64,000 nt of DNA, from the NCBI RefSeq assembly GCF_963921235.1, contig NC_086108.1, positions 111,602,001-111,666,000 of the forward strand, given 5' to 3'. Made by a program: the position numbers and the translations under genes. The notes under the pieces were generated by a model. It ran no database searches, had not been told where the DNA came from, and saw only the letters and a program-made list of their open reading frames with translations. Below are positions 25,305 through 38,321 of the stretch, in pieces. The first letter of the stretch is position 1. The number at the start of each line of letters is the position of its first letter. Source of the DNA: Mobula hypostoma (Eukaryota).

Positions 25305-26149
25305 CTGTAAAACAAAAAGGGAAAAGGATACAAGCCCCGTGATACACCACAAGTTGTCAAACTAACATTGAACAGGTAGACATCATTTACCAGTGGGTCT
25401 GAGAGAGCAGCAGGCAGAAGCAGCCTATTTCCCAGGCCTAGGTGTACCAGGGGTTCCTTAAAGTCGTCATAGCCAGTGGGGAAGGGAGGCAAGTGTGGGC
25501 AATAGTGGGGATAAACGCCTACTACTTATTAAATGCTCTCAATGGCATTCATCTCAAATAGCCTCTGACAACCAAGTACAACTCCTCTCCTTCACATGTG
25601 GCTTAGTATCCAAGCCCAACAGAACTGTTTCTACTGACAGGAGAAGTTGCAAAGGCAGATTACTGGTACCTTAAAACCAGTCATTTTGGGCAGATGGGAC
25701 TCATCAGCTCATGTAGGAGGGGGAAAAACTGATCTCAAACATTAGCCAGAGGAAACACACGTGTTCACAGGGAGGATATACAAACTCCTTAAAGATAGCA
25801 GCGAGAATGGAACTCAACACCCCAAGCTGTGCTAACCACTATGCTACTGTGGCACCCAAATCTGCAATCAAATTTATTCAGTAGCAAGTAGCTGCTCTCC
25901 ACACCACCCCACCCCCCCCCGCCATTTCCTTCCTAAAGGTTCATTTTATCAATGTATGCAAAATACAACTGAGATGTCTTCTCCAGATAGCCATAGAAGT
26001 AATTGAAAGACACCAATCTCCCTGCAAAATAAACACCGAACCCCCCCCCCAACAACTTGCACAAAAGTCAACAGATCACCCACATGAAGAGAACAGCAAC
26101 AAGAACAAACCCCAAACCCACCAACCAGCAAGACTGGGTGAAAACACAA

Positions 26150-26532
26150 AGGAACTGGACTCTCTCACGGTGGTGTCTGAAAAGAGGATGCTGTCCAAGT
26201 TGCATGCCATCTTGGACAATGTCTCCCGTCCACTACATAACGTACTGGGTGGGCACAGGAGTACATTCAGCCAGAGACTCATTCCACCGAGGTGCAGCAC
26301 AGAGCGTCATAGGAAGTCATTCCTGCCTGTGGCCATCAAACTTTACAACTCCTCCCTTGGAGGGTCAGACACCCTGAGCCAATAGGCTGGTCCTGGACTT
26401 ATTTCCCGGCATAATTTACATATTACTAATTATTTATGGTTTTATATTGCTATATTTATACTCCATTCTTGGTTGGTGCAACTGTAACGAAAACCAATTT
26501 CCCTCGGGATCAATAAAGTATGACTATGACTA
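26150..26532 (+). mobile_element. Rex1-type LINE 3' end (related copy at 22933-23150)
   Basis: RCSTERHRKSFLPVAIKLYNS; AATAAA and short tandem tail. Confidence 0.75.
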
Positions 26533-27858
26533 ACTGAGGGTCCAATATGAACTAGTCTAATCTACAACTCTCAGAATTCCAGTGACGTCTCTGAAAGTAT
26601 CAGCAACTTGAACCAACAGCTTCTGTGGGCAGTTGTCCCCATCCCTGTAACTGTGCCCTAACAGATCAATTGACTCAGGCTGGAATGGGTGTAGGAGCAT
26701 GGGAGCAAGTACTTGCATTTAGTTAATATTTGACATCCATTGACCTTTCTAATGCATTAGGTCTAGAAAGGTCAACCAGGAATATCAGAACAGAAAAGCC
26801 AATCACCTTAATCTGCATATTGTGTTCAGTTCTGGTCCCCTCATAGGAAGGATGTGGCAGCTTTAGAGAGGGCACAGAGGAGAATTACCAAGATGCTGCC
26901 TGGATTACAGAGCACGTCTCCGAGGATAGGTTCAGAGAGCTAGAGCTTTTCTCTTTAGAGGGAAGGTGGATGAGAAGTCACTTGATAGAGGTGTACAGGA
27001 GGCATAGATTAAGTGGACACCCATAGAATCTCCCCACACCCATCCCCCACAAAAAGGTGGAAACAGCTAATACGAGGAACCACAATTTTATGATTGGAGG
27101 GAAGTATAGGGGTTGTTAGAAGTATGTACGTGCCCGGGACATGCTGCCAGGGGCAATTGTAGTAGAGGCAGGCACAATTTATTTATTTAAAATATTACTG
27201 TGAATGCCTGCAAGAAAATGCATCTCAGGGTTGTAGATGGCGACGCATGTACTTTGAATATTAGGGCCATTTAAGAGACGAGAGGCACATGAATGATAGT
27301 TACATTGGAGGGAAGGGTAGATTGATCTTGGAGTAGATTAAAAAGGTCAGTACAACATTTGGGCCAAAGGGCCTGTGCTGTAATGTTCCAAGTTACACCC
27401 TCTGTTAACCTCCTCCGCCCTGGGAGAAAGGTGCTGGCAGTCCAGCCCTCTCCTCATCAGGGTGTCACCAGTCGACAGTCAACATCTGAGGATCTGTCCT
27501 GGGCCCAACACATCAACGCAACTACAACAGCGGCACGACAGCAGCTATATTTCATTAAGAGTTTGGGAGACTTGGTATGTCACACCAAAGACACTTGCAA
27601 ATTTTAAAAATGGAGAGCATTCTAACTAGCTGCATCACCACCTGGTAAGAAGGGTCCACTGCACAGGATTGGAAAGGGATATCTGATTGTAATCTATAGT
27701 TTTTAAATCTATGGCATTGAACTACTGCCATTACAACCCTACTGGTGACTTTAAAGCCAATCCTGATTCTGTCTCATTATGAGTGTTTCTAACATTTACC
27801 GTTTCAGTTTCACCTTTCACAGGCTAGCATTTGGACCCGACGGCCACCTTTCCCGCAC

Positions 27859-27993
27859 TCACCTGTTGCAACAGCAGTAGAGGGAGAAAGGAACCTCCTC
27901 TTCCACCCGGTACCTCCCAGACTCCGGCAAGTCCTTACACTCTGCTACGAACATGTGCAGGTCTGTCTGTGGAAACCCGTTCTGCTGGTACAG
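27859..27993 (-). CDS. MCOLN3: Mucolipin-3-like exon (C-terminal tail)
   Basis: cag|LYQQNGFPQTDLHMFVAECKDLPESGRYRVEEEVPFSLYCCCNR then TGA (27859-27861); the stop overlaps a consensus donor AG|GTGAGT (exon would end at 27863 if spliced). Confidence 0.94.
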   Translation of the reverse strand: MYQQNGFPQTDLHMFVAECKDLPESGRYRVEEEVPFSLYCCCNR

Positions 27994-28755
27994 CTGAAGC
28001 AAAGAGCAGAACAGAAACGTTGTGCACCTGGGTATGTACCGAACAAAGCAGTGGCCTCTTCACCCCACCCCACCCCTTTCCCCAAAACCAGAGGGAATCC
28101 TCTGAAGGGTCCCAATGTGAAATATCAATTCCTTCCCAGCACAGATGTTGCTTGAAATGCTGATTTTGCCACTTGAGCACAGGGGCTAGTAGTGTGGCCA
28201 TCCACGTACGGTGCCACCGATCAGTGCTCTCCTCCTGCAGCTATATGCAAGGAGCTTGACCACAAGACATAGGAGCAGGATTAGGCCATTCAGCCCATCA
28301 AGTCTGCTCTGCCTCCCCATCGTGGAATATTATACTCAACCCCATTCTGCATTCTCCCCTTAACCTCTGACACCCTGATTAATCAACAACCTATCAGTAA
28401 ATATACCCGATGACTGCCTCCACAGCTGTTTATAGTAATGAATCCCACAGATTCACCACTCTGGCTAATGAAATTTCTCCTGTTCTTCTACTGAGGCTGT
28501 GCCCTCTGGTCCTAGACAGCCCCACTATAGGAAACATCCTCTCCAAGCCCACTCTATCTAGGCCATTCAATGAGATCCCCCACCCCTTCGTTCTTCTACA
28601 CTCCAGCAAGTACAGGCCCAGAGTCATCAAATGCTCTGGTTAACCCTTTCATTTCTGGGATTATTCTCCTGAACCTCCTCTGGACTCTCTCATCTGGGAG
28701 CATTTGTCAGACAACCACAAATCCCATCTGTGGGCAGGTGGCCCCAGCTCCTCAC

Positions 28756-28962
28756 TTTAATGGTTTCGTAGGTGTCAGTGATGAGGGCGATGAAGAGACT
28801 CAGCACCATGTAAATGAAGAGGCTGATAAAGGAGTACAAATAAAGCTGGCTGAACAGCCAGACCAGGTAGCTCTTGTCCGGCATTGAAGCGAAGGTCGAG
28901 AACATGTCGTCGCCATTCATGAGACAGAAGAGGCACTCCAACACCATGTTCAACGATCGAAA
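28756..28962 (-). CDS. MCOLN3: Mucolipin-3-like exon (pore loop and S6)
   Basis: cag|...|gtgagg, 207 bp; [69 protein letters not shown] with NGDD selectivity filter. Confidence 0.97.
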
Positions 28963-29324
28963 CTGGAGAAAGAAACAGGCATAGAATCATTCCCAAATTG
29001 TCCAAGCAGATCATTAAACATAACTGACACATTTTCAAATTGTTCATCAACATGAGGAATAAAACAAAAAAACTGAGCTGTTGGATCATGAACATGAGAT
29101 TGTGCAGATGTCACTACTGGAAAGACTAGACTGAAAGAGGGTAGAGAAAATTTGCAAGGATGTTGCCAGAACTGGAAGACACAAGTTACAGGGAAATAAC
29201 GAATACGTTTGGACTTTATTCCAAAGAGCACAGGAGAATGAGGGGAGATTCGATAGAGGTATATAAAACTATGAAGGATGTAGATAGGGTAATGGATGGA
29301 GATATGTCTAGCAATTTGCCAAGG

Positions 29325-30236
29325 TCACTCACCTCCATGTCCAGCACAATTCTGAAATTTCTGCCATCTGCAACAGGATCCCACCACCAAGCACACCATT
29401 CCCCCCCCACTTTACGTTCCACAAGGATCACTGTCTTCGTGACTCCCTTGTCCATTTGTCCCTCCCCACTGATCTCTTTCCTAGCACTTATCCTCCCAAG
29501 CAGAACAATCTGCCCCTAACCCTCCTCCCTCACTAACATTCAGGGCCCCAAACAGTCCTTCCAGTTGAGGCAACCTTTCACTTGAGAGTCTGCTGGGGTC
29601 ATTTACCGTGTCCAATGTGGCCTCCTGTTTATTGGCGAGACCCAACGAAGATTGGGAGACCACTTCACTGAGCACCCATGCCCCCTCCACCAGAAAAAGC
29701 AGGACCTCCCAGTGACCACCCATTTTAATTCCACTTCCCAGTCCCATTCCGATATGCTTATCCATGGCTGCCTCCACTGCCGTGATGAAGCCACACTTAC
29801 GTTGAAGGAAAAATACCTTATATTCCGTCCGTTAGCCTCCAACCTGATGGCAGGAACATCTCAACTTCCAGTAATGCCCCTCCACCCTCCCTCATTTCTC
29901 ATCCTTTTCCCTCTCACCTATCCCCTTGCCCATCCAATCACCTTCCTCTGGTGCTCCTCCTCCTTTTCTTTCTTCCATGGCCTTGTCTCTTTTACCAATC
30001 AACTTCCCAGTTTTCACTTCATCCCTCCCCCTCCAGATTTCCCCACCCATCACCTGGTGTTTCTCCCTCTCCCCACCTTTTAAATCTACTCCTCAGCATT
30101 TTCCCCTCCAGTTCTACTGCAGGGTCTCAGCCCGAAACATCCACTGTACTCTTTTCCTAGGTGCTGCCTGGCCTGCCAAATTCCTCCAGTATTGTGTGTT
30201 GCTTGGATTTCCAGCATCTGCAGATTTTCTTGTTTG
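29325..30236 (+). mobile_element. Decayed PLE fragment (GIY-YIG region) in MCOLN3 intron
   Basis: CGLLFIGETQRRLGDHFTEH...DLPVTTHFNS; degenerate hammerhead near 30110-30147. Confidence 0.85.
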
Positions 30237-31605
30237 TTCAAAGACAATGATCACTCATGTCATGACATGGCACATAGCCAAATGAACAAGTTGGGGTAAA
30301 TGAAAGCAAGCTTTTTAAACTGAGGTTGGATGTGACTAGAACTAGAGGTCATGGGTTAAAGGTAAAAGTTGAAACACTTAAGGGGAAACAGGTGGTCTTA
30401 TCTCCCCTGCTGCCAGGTTCAGGAAGAGTTCTTGCTTTACAACCACTGGGCTCCTGGAGTGACATGGGTGGCTTCGCTTGCCTCACTGACCAACTCCACA
30501 GCCTGCAGACTCTCTTTCAGTGACTCTGCCTTTACCACGTATTGTTTGCATGGAGATTATGGCAGGTTATGGTCTGGGTGCAAATCAATGGGAATCAACA
30601 TGGACTAGATGTGCTGAAGGCTGTGATACTCAGACACCATGCTGGAAATCCCGAGTAACACACAAAATGGAAGAACTCAACAGGCTTCTATGGAGATGAA
30701 TAAACAGTCGACATTTCAGGCCAGGACACTTCATCAGGTCTGGAAAGGAAGGGGGAAAGAGCTCAGAATAAGGTGGTGGGAGGGGGCTGGTGGGGAGAAG
30801 AGGGAAGGATGACAGGCTAAGTGATGGGAATTAAGTGAGAAGATGGAAGTGATAGGTGGAAGAGGTAAAGGGCTGAAGAAGGGACCTCAAACATGGAATA
30901 ATTAAGGGTCTTGGCCCAAAATGTCAACTGTTTACCCTTTTCCATGAATGTGCCCGACCTACTGAGTTCCACCAGCAATCTGTATGTTGTTCTGGATTTC
31001 TAGCATTGGAAAACCTCATGTCTGAGGGACTAATCTGGCCAGAGGGGGCAGCTGGCCTCAGGGTGGTGGTGGTGATGGTGGTGGGGGGGGGGGGGTTAAA
31101 AGGCATCAGCTTTGTTACATGTACATTGCATTTCACTGGATGTTTCAATGTTTCTGTCAAAGACCAATAGTCCAAGGATGTGCTGGGGACAGCCCACAAG
31201 CATCCTCCCAGGCTTCTGGTGCCTGCAGACAGCAGCATGGCCACAATTCACAAACACTAGTGTCTTTGAAATGTGGGAAGGAACCAGAGTATCTGGAGGA
31301 AACCCATGCAGTCATGGGGAGAACTTTTTCTCCCGCATTCCAAATACGTATACAGTAGTTGGGGTTAGTGAGTTGTGGGCATGCAATGTTGGCACCAGGA
31401 GCATGCCTCCACACAACCCTTGGGCTGTGTTGGTCATTAACACAAATGACACATTTCCTATATTCCCTCCGTACATGTGGCAAATCAAGCTAATCTTTAC
31501 TAAAGCTAATCCTGAGTAACCAGGACGCTATGGAACTATCTGCTCTGCAGTCTCCCCAAACTTGGTCCGCCAGGGGCTGCATCACCCTTGCTTGTGTCCC
31601 CACAC

Positions 31606-31728
31606 CTTCTTGTGATAAGGTCCCAGCACGATCCAGCCACAGAAGCAGTAGCCCAGGTAGATCATGGAGGCACAGCAGCAGAAACGGATCACGTTAGGAA
31701 ACGCTGCCCGGAGGGTCAAAATCAGGAC
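31606..31728 (-). CDS. MCOLN3: Mucolipin-3-like exon (S5 helix)
   Basis: cag|...|gtgtgg, 123 bp; [45 protein letters not shown] is TRPML3-type (TRPML1 CCCV, TRPML2 CACA). Confidence 0.96.
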
Positions 31729-33129
31729 CTGCAACCAAAATAGGGACAGTTAAAGGAGACAGACAAGCAGCATTTGAAGGCCCTGGGCCTGTACTCACTG
31801 GAGTTCCAGGCAGGGGTGGGGGGTGGGGGGTGAAATCTGATTGAAAGTTAACTTGCAAGTTGAGTTGGTGGTGAAGAAGACAAATGCAATGTTAATATTC
31901 ATTTTGTGAGGACTAATATATTAAAAACAAGGATTTAATGCTGAGACTTTATAGACATTGATCAGACCCCACTTGGTGGGCTGCAAGCAGCTCTGGGCCC
32001 CTTAGCTAAGAATAGATGTGCTGATATTGGAGGAGGTTCACTAGAATGATTCCAGGAATGAAGGGGTTAACATGAGTAAAATGAGGGAGGAAACCTATCA
32101 TTGAAAGGCCAAGATGGCGTGGAGGTGGAGGGGAAGTTTCCTGGAGTGAGGGAGTCCAGAACCAGAGGGCACAACCTGAGAATAGAGGGATATTGCTTTA
32201 GAAGAGGAATTTATTTAGCCAGACGATGGTGAATCTGTGGAATTCATTGCCACATACATCTGTTGAGGCTACGTCATTGGGTGCATTAAAAGCAGAGGCT
32301 GATAGGTTCTTGATTAGTCAGGGCATCAAAGGTTATGATAGGCAGGAGAATGGGGATGACAGGGATAATAAGTCAGCCATTATGGAATGGTTGGGTGGAC
32401 TTAATGGGCCAAATAGCCTAAATTCTGCTCCTACACCTTATGACCATAGATCACACTATACACAAAGTACAGGAAATAGCAGGCATCACCCCTCCTGCCC
32501 CTTAAGAATTTTCCACCATTCAAGATTATGGCTACTCAAACAAATGCAATGTTAGAATTAATTTTGAGAGGATTAGAATACAAAAACAGGGATGTATCGC
32601 TGAGGCTTTATAAGGCAGTGGTCAGACTGCAGCTGGAGAATTGTGAACAGTGTTGAGCCTTAAGAAAGGATGTGCTGACATTGGAGAGGGTCCAGAGGAG
32701 GTTCACGAGAATTATTGTGGGAATGAAAGGGTTAATGTATGAGGAGTTTGATGGCTCAGTCTGTACTCACTGAAGTGTGTTTATTTATTTACTGACACAA
32801 GGAGGAGCTTAGGAGGTTTATTGGTGCCTAACAGCAACTCCTTTACTTGAATCTTCAGAAACAGCTCTATTTCCATCTTTAATCTCTCTATTTTCCCTTT
32901 CAAAGTTCTTTTGAAGATCCTGACCTGGAGTTACATGCTGACTACGGTTCTTTATGGGAATGGGACCCGCTGTCAGGGTTTCATAACTGGCTGTTGTTCA
33001 GCATGCCAAGGGCTTGGCCAAAGAGCTCAGATTGCCTTTGGAGGACTGAGATCTCATGGCTCTGGAGACAGGCGAATTGAAGATTGGTGTCCCTGCAGGA
33101 AATCGGTGCGTTGTCGGGGGAGTCCACAA

Positions 33130-34905
33130 GACCACAAGATATAGGAGCAGAAGTAGGCTATTCTGCCCATTGAGTCTGCTCTGCCATTCAATCATGGGCT
33201 GATTCAATTCTTCCAGTCATCCCCACTCCCCTGCTTTCACCCCATACCCTTTGATGCCCTGGCTAATCAAGAACCTATCTCTGCCTTAAATACACCCAAT
33301 GACTTGGCCTCCACAGCTACTCAATGCAACAAATTCCACAGATTTACCACCATGACTAAAGTAATTTCTCCGCATCTCCGTTCCAAATGGACATCCTTCA
33401 ATCCTGAAGTCATGTCCTCTTGTCCTGGACTCCCCTACCATGGGAAATAACTTTGTCGTATCTAATCTGTTCAGGCCTTTTAACATTTGGAATGTTTCTA
33501 TGAGATCCCCTCTCATTCTCCTGAACTCCAGGGAATACAGCCCAAGAACTGCCAGACGTTCCTCATATGGTAACCCCTTCATTCCTGGAATCATTCTCGT
33601 GAATCTTCTCTGAACCCTCTCCAAAGTCAGTATATCCTTTCTAAAATAAGGAGTCCAAAACTGCCCACAATACTCCAAGTGTGGTCTCACGAGTGTCTTA
33701 TAGAGCCTCAATACATCCCTGCTCTTATATTCCATACCTCTAGAAATGAATGCCAACATTGCATTCGCCTTCTTCACCACTGACTCAACCTGGAGGTTAA
33801 CCTTTAGGGTAGGGTATCCTGCACAAGGACCCCCAAGTCCGTTTGCATCTCTGCATTTTGAATTTTCTCCCCATCTAAATAATAGTCTGCCCGTTTATTT
33901 CTTCCACCAAAGTTCATGACCATACACTTTCCAACATTGTATTTCATTTGCCACTTTGTCCATTTCCCTAAACTATCCAAGTCACTCTGCAGGCTGTTTC
34001 CTCAACGCTACCCGCTCCTCCACCTATCTTTGTATCACCGGCAAATTTAGCCACAAATCCATTAATACCATAGTCCAAATCATTGACGTACATCGTAAAA
34101 AGCAGCGGTCCCAGCACCGACCCCCGTGGAACTCCACTGGTAACCAGCAGCCAGCCATCCTTTATTCCCACTTTCTGTTTTCTGCCGACAAGCCAATGCT
34201 CCACCCATGCTAGTAACTTCCCTGTAATTCCATCGGCTCTTACCTTGCTAAGCAGCCTCATGTGCGGCACCTTGTTAAAGGCCCTCTGAAAATCCAAGTA
34301 CACCACGTCCACTGCATCTCCTTTGTCTACCGTGCTTGTAATTTCCTCAAAGAATTAAAGAAGGTTTGTCAGGCAGGATTTTCCTTTCAGGCCAAAGCCA
34401 GCATGGTTTCCTATCCTGTCATGTGCCTCCAGATACTCCATAATCTCATCCCTAACAGTCGATTCCAACAACTTTCTTACCACTGATATCAGGCTAACAG
34501 ATCTATAGTTTCCTTTCTGCTGCCTCCTACCCTTCTTAAATAGCAGAGTAACATTTGCAATTTTACAGTCATCTGTTACAATGCCAGAATCTATCAATTC
34601 TTGAAAGTTCATCGTTAATGCCTCTGCAATCTTTCCAGCTACTTCCTTCAGAACCTGAGTGCATTCCATCAGGTCCAGGAGATTTATCCACCCTCAGACC
34701 ATTAAGCTTCCTGAGCACCTTCTCAGTCGTAATTTTCAATGCACAAACTTCACTTCCCTGACACCCTCAGATGTCCAGTATACTGCAGACATCTTCTACA
34801 GTGAAGACTGATGCAAAATACGTAATTCAGTTCCTCTGCCATCTCTGTCTCATTACAATATCTCCAGCATCATTTTGTACTGGTCCTATATCTACCCTCG
34901 ACTTT
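33130..34905 (-). mobile_element. CR1 LINE 3' fragment
   Basis: RT peptides in ORFs 33286-33780, 33968-34312, 34355-34669; CR1 3' UTR and tail. Confidence 0.9.
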
Positions 34906-35531
34906 AAATATATAAAGGGTAAAAGTCAGAATATCTACAGCTGTGCGCCTAGGGACCCAAGATCTTTGGGCACAGAGCTCGGAAAAAGCAATTTAACGGC
35001 GGACTTTTAACATTGTAAGCCAGTGAGTTGTTTGTTATGTCTCCCCTCTCGCTGTGAAACAGAGACACGCCTTTCTCCCATATTAGGGGGAGAGCCTGTG
35101 GTATGTCAAATACCGGGTGAACGAGTAGTCTTTGGGGTAACTGCAAGTTTGGCTTTGTTGTTGTCTTGCTCACGCTTGAGTGTTTGGTGGCGGGTGTCGA
35201 TGCTTTTTTTTTGGTTGGTGTGGGGTGGAAGAATTGTTGCTTGCTGCCACTTACATGCGGGAGAGAGGGAAGGGAGCTGGGGGGGAGACTTTTGGGGTTC
35301 TAACCTGTCATTCATTCTTTGGGAAGTGCTCCTGTTTCTGTGTATGGTTTGAGGAAAAAGCATTTCATGCTTCATGTACATTGTATACATTTAACATTAG
35401 GCCCTTTCTACCACAACACCCAGCAATCCCCTGTTTAATCCTAGCTTTATCACAACAATTCATTTGGCTGAATGACCTGGGTCTCCTATGTTTTATGTTA
35501 AAACAGACTCCAGACACTCAGCGATGCTTAC

Positions 35532-35633
35532 ATTGTACTCCTGGAAGAAGCCCAGGTATCGAATCACACCAGTCCAAACAAGCAAGGTGGAGGTTCCCAG
35601 CAGAATGCTGCAGACATCATACAATGCAAAATT
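35532..35633 (-). CDS. MCOLN3: Mucolipin-3-like exon (S4 helix)
   Basis: cag|...|gtaagc, 102 bp; [34 protein letters not shown]. Confidence 0.96.
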
Positions 35634-37338
35634 CTGCAAGACAAAAGGACAGAAGTTGGTGTTTGGTGCTGAATGACAATGGCTGGAGGGGCAGTGACCT
35701 GAGCACAGACCGGGCTTGTATTCACCTCACATGGGACGCCTCTGCGCATGCGGCAAGGCAGTTCCCATCACGGCCAGCCCTGAATACCAAGCGAGGTGAG
35801 GGTCGCACCAGGTACAAGGCAAAAAGGACTTGCCCTTTGTCTGCTCAATCAGGTTTCTAAAATACAGGTCATATGCCCACTCAATGTGGAACTGCCTGTT
35901 CCACAAATCAAGAGATTCGTTAGATTCAACTTGTACAAGACAAATATATTAAAGTTTGCAACACTGAACAGCAACAGGCCCTTCAGCCCATCGTGTGTTG
36001 ACCATGATGCCAATTTGAACCAGTTTTCTATCTGCCTGTTAGAGCACTGCAGCACAGAAACAGTCCCTTCAGCCATCTAGTTGCTGCCAGCTTAGACTTT
36101 TAAGTCAGGTCATCATTTACAATTTAATCGGAGCTTTGTGCCAGTTATCCGTGAGTTGAACAATTGAGATCAGGGAGTGTGTAAACAGCTAGCTTTCAAT
36201 CAGAATGGTGGTCAAGAGTTGAAAGAGCTTTGTGGCAATTTGAGCTGAGAAGCAACCGAACATCAAGAGGGATTCACTAGCGAGGCCAATGAAAGTAGCC
36301 ACAGGCACATGCGGAGCAGCATTGATTACAGGGTGCCAGGGGCTTTGGCTCTTCAGGCTTGTGTGAGGTAAAGTAACTTGCAAGTTACTCTTGTGATGAG
36401 ACAGAAGGGATATCAGAAGTCTGGGAGACATCCAGTCTCTCAGGGGAAAAAAACCCACATCTGCACCAGGTGCAGCGAGCTACATAAAGCTCCTTAGAGA
36501 ACTTGTTAAGGACCTGGAGCTGAAGCTCCATTTTCAACTCATACTGGAGAATGAGGTGGTGATAGATAGGAGCTACAGGAAGGTAGTCACCCCAAGATTA
36601 CAGGAGATGGGGAAAATGCACAGCCGGTGCAGAGTACACCGGTGGCCACCCCTCAATAATGATACAACTTTGGATACTATTGAGGGGGTTGACACTACTT
36701 GGTCCGTGACTGGAGCTGGCACTGAGTTTAGTGCTGTGGCTCAGAAGAGCAGTGGGGTCAAGAGGCCTCGTGTTGATAGCGATTCCTTACTCAGAAAGGT
36801 GAGGTTTTGTGGGCACAATAGAGATATCCAGATGGCATGTTGCCTCCCTGGTGCCAGGATCAGGGATACCTTGGATTGGGTCCATGGCATTCTCAAGGGT
36901 GAGGTGAGCAGCCAGAAGTCTTGGTACATACTGGCACCAATAACAGTTAGACAAAGTGAGGAAATCCTGAAGAGAGGTTTTTGGAGAGCCAGGTAGAAAG
37001 TCGAGAAACGGGGCCTCCAGGGTAGTAATCTCTGGATTGCTGCCTGTGCTATGTGCCAGTGAGGGCAAGAATAGGATGATGTTGCAGGTGAATGCGTGGC
37101 TGAGGAACTGGTGCAGGCTGCAGGGGTTCAGATTTATGGATCATTGGAATCTCTCCTAGGAAAGGTATGACCTGTACAAAAAGGACGGGTTACACCTGAA
37201 TTTGAGGGGGTCCAATATCCTTGTGGGCAGGTTGGCTAGAATTGTTTGGGTGGGTTTAATCTAATTTGGCAGGGGGATGGGAACTGGAGTGAGTGCTGAA
37301 GATGAGGTAGCTAGTTTACAAAGAGGCAATGTGTAGTG

Positions 37339-38222
37339 TGTGACGAGAATACACATAGATTAAGATGTTAGCTGTCCTGTGCTGGCACCAGTGGGATCAG
37401 CAGTTGGTCTGCCACCTGTCTTCAGGAGAAAGAGAGAAGGAAAACAATGGAGCAGCATTTGGAGATGTTAATAAAGGGACGGGAGAGTTTAACAGAAGGA
37501 GAGCTGTCAAGTGCGCCCCCCCCCTTTGAACCCTGAACTGTTTGAAGTGATGGACAGGCGATACCCCAGCAGGGGGATAAAAAGGGACAGGTTCACTAAG
37601 GCAAGACACACACGACACCCCGAGGTAACAAGACCCTGGAAGCGGTGCCTCTCCCACAAGTCGGTGGGAAGTTTTGGAGGGCTGGTCGCGACCAAGCCAT
37701 AGACCCACAGGGTGGAAAGGCACGATCAGCGGGAACCTGGTGTGTGTCCGCCCTTGCCTGGGTGCCAGGTTCACCACAGAGAAACGATCGTATCTGGAAA
37801 TGGAGGGGTCACGGTCGGTGACCTCAGAAGACATCACAAAGGGCTCGCCTGAAAGCTGACTGCGAAGAATATCGAAGGTCTGTGTGGAAGTCGTTTGAAT
37901 ATTCATTCGTTTTTGCTCTCTCTCTCCTTCCCCCCACTGTCCATCTCCCACGGCAGTGATTACTGTGAACTGAACTGAACTTTGCGTCACTTTGAAACTG
38001 GTCATTTACCCCTAGACGACGATAGAGCTTGATTGATCCTGTTACCCTAATTCTGTGTACATGTGTGATTATAATTGCTGAATTGTTGCATTTATTATCC
38101 TTTTGCTTAGAGTACTGTGTTGATTGTTTCTTTAATAAAACTTTCTTAGTTCTAGTAATCCAGACTCCAACTGAGTGATCTATTTCTGCTGGTTTGGCAA
38201 CCCAGTTACGGGGTACGTAACA
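37339..38222 (+). repeat. 5' LTR
   Basis: TGTGAC...GTAACA; near-identical to 41315-42199; AATAAA near 38134. Confidence 0.95.
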
Positions 38223-38321
38223 TAAGTGGGGTTCTCGTCCGCGATTTTGAACGCTAAATTTGGGACGTAGTAAATTGATTGGGTTAAAATTCCCGAAAGA
38301 AAGAAAAGACAAACAGCAGAA

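Noticed and set aside
35180..35860. 226-aa plus ORF
   Set aside because: Runs through repeat sequence and the antisense strand of a real MCOLN3 exon; no coherent protein
37397..38005. 202-aa minus ORF (and its twin at 41485-41982)
   Set aside because: Lies wholly within the LTR with no protein motifs; the duplication reflects the LTR pair
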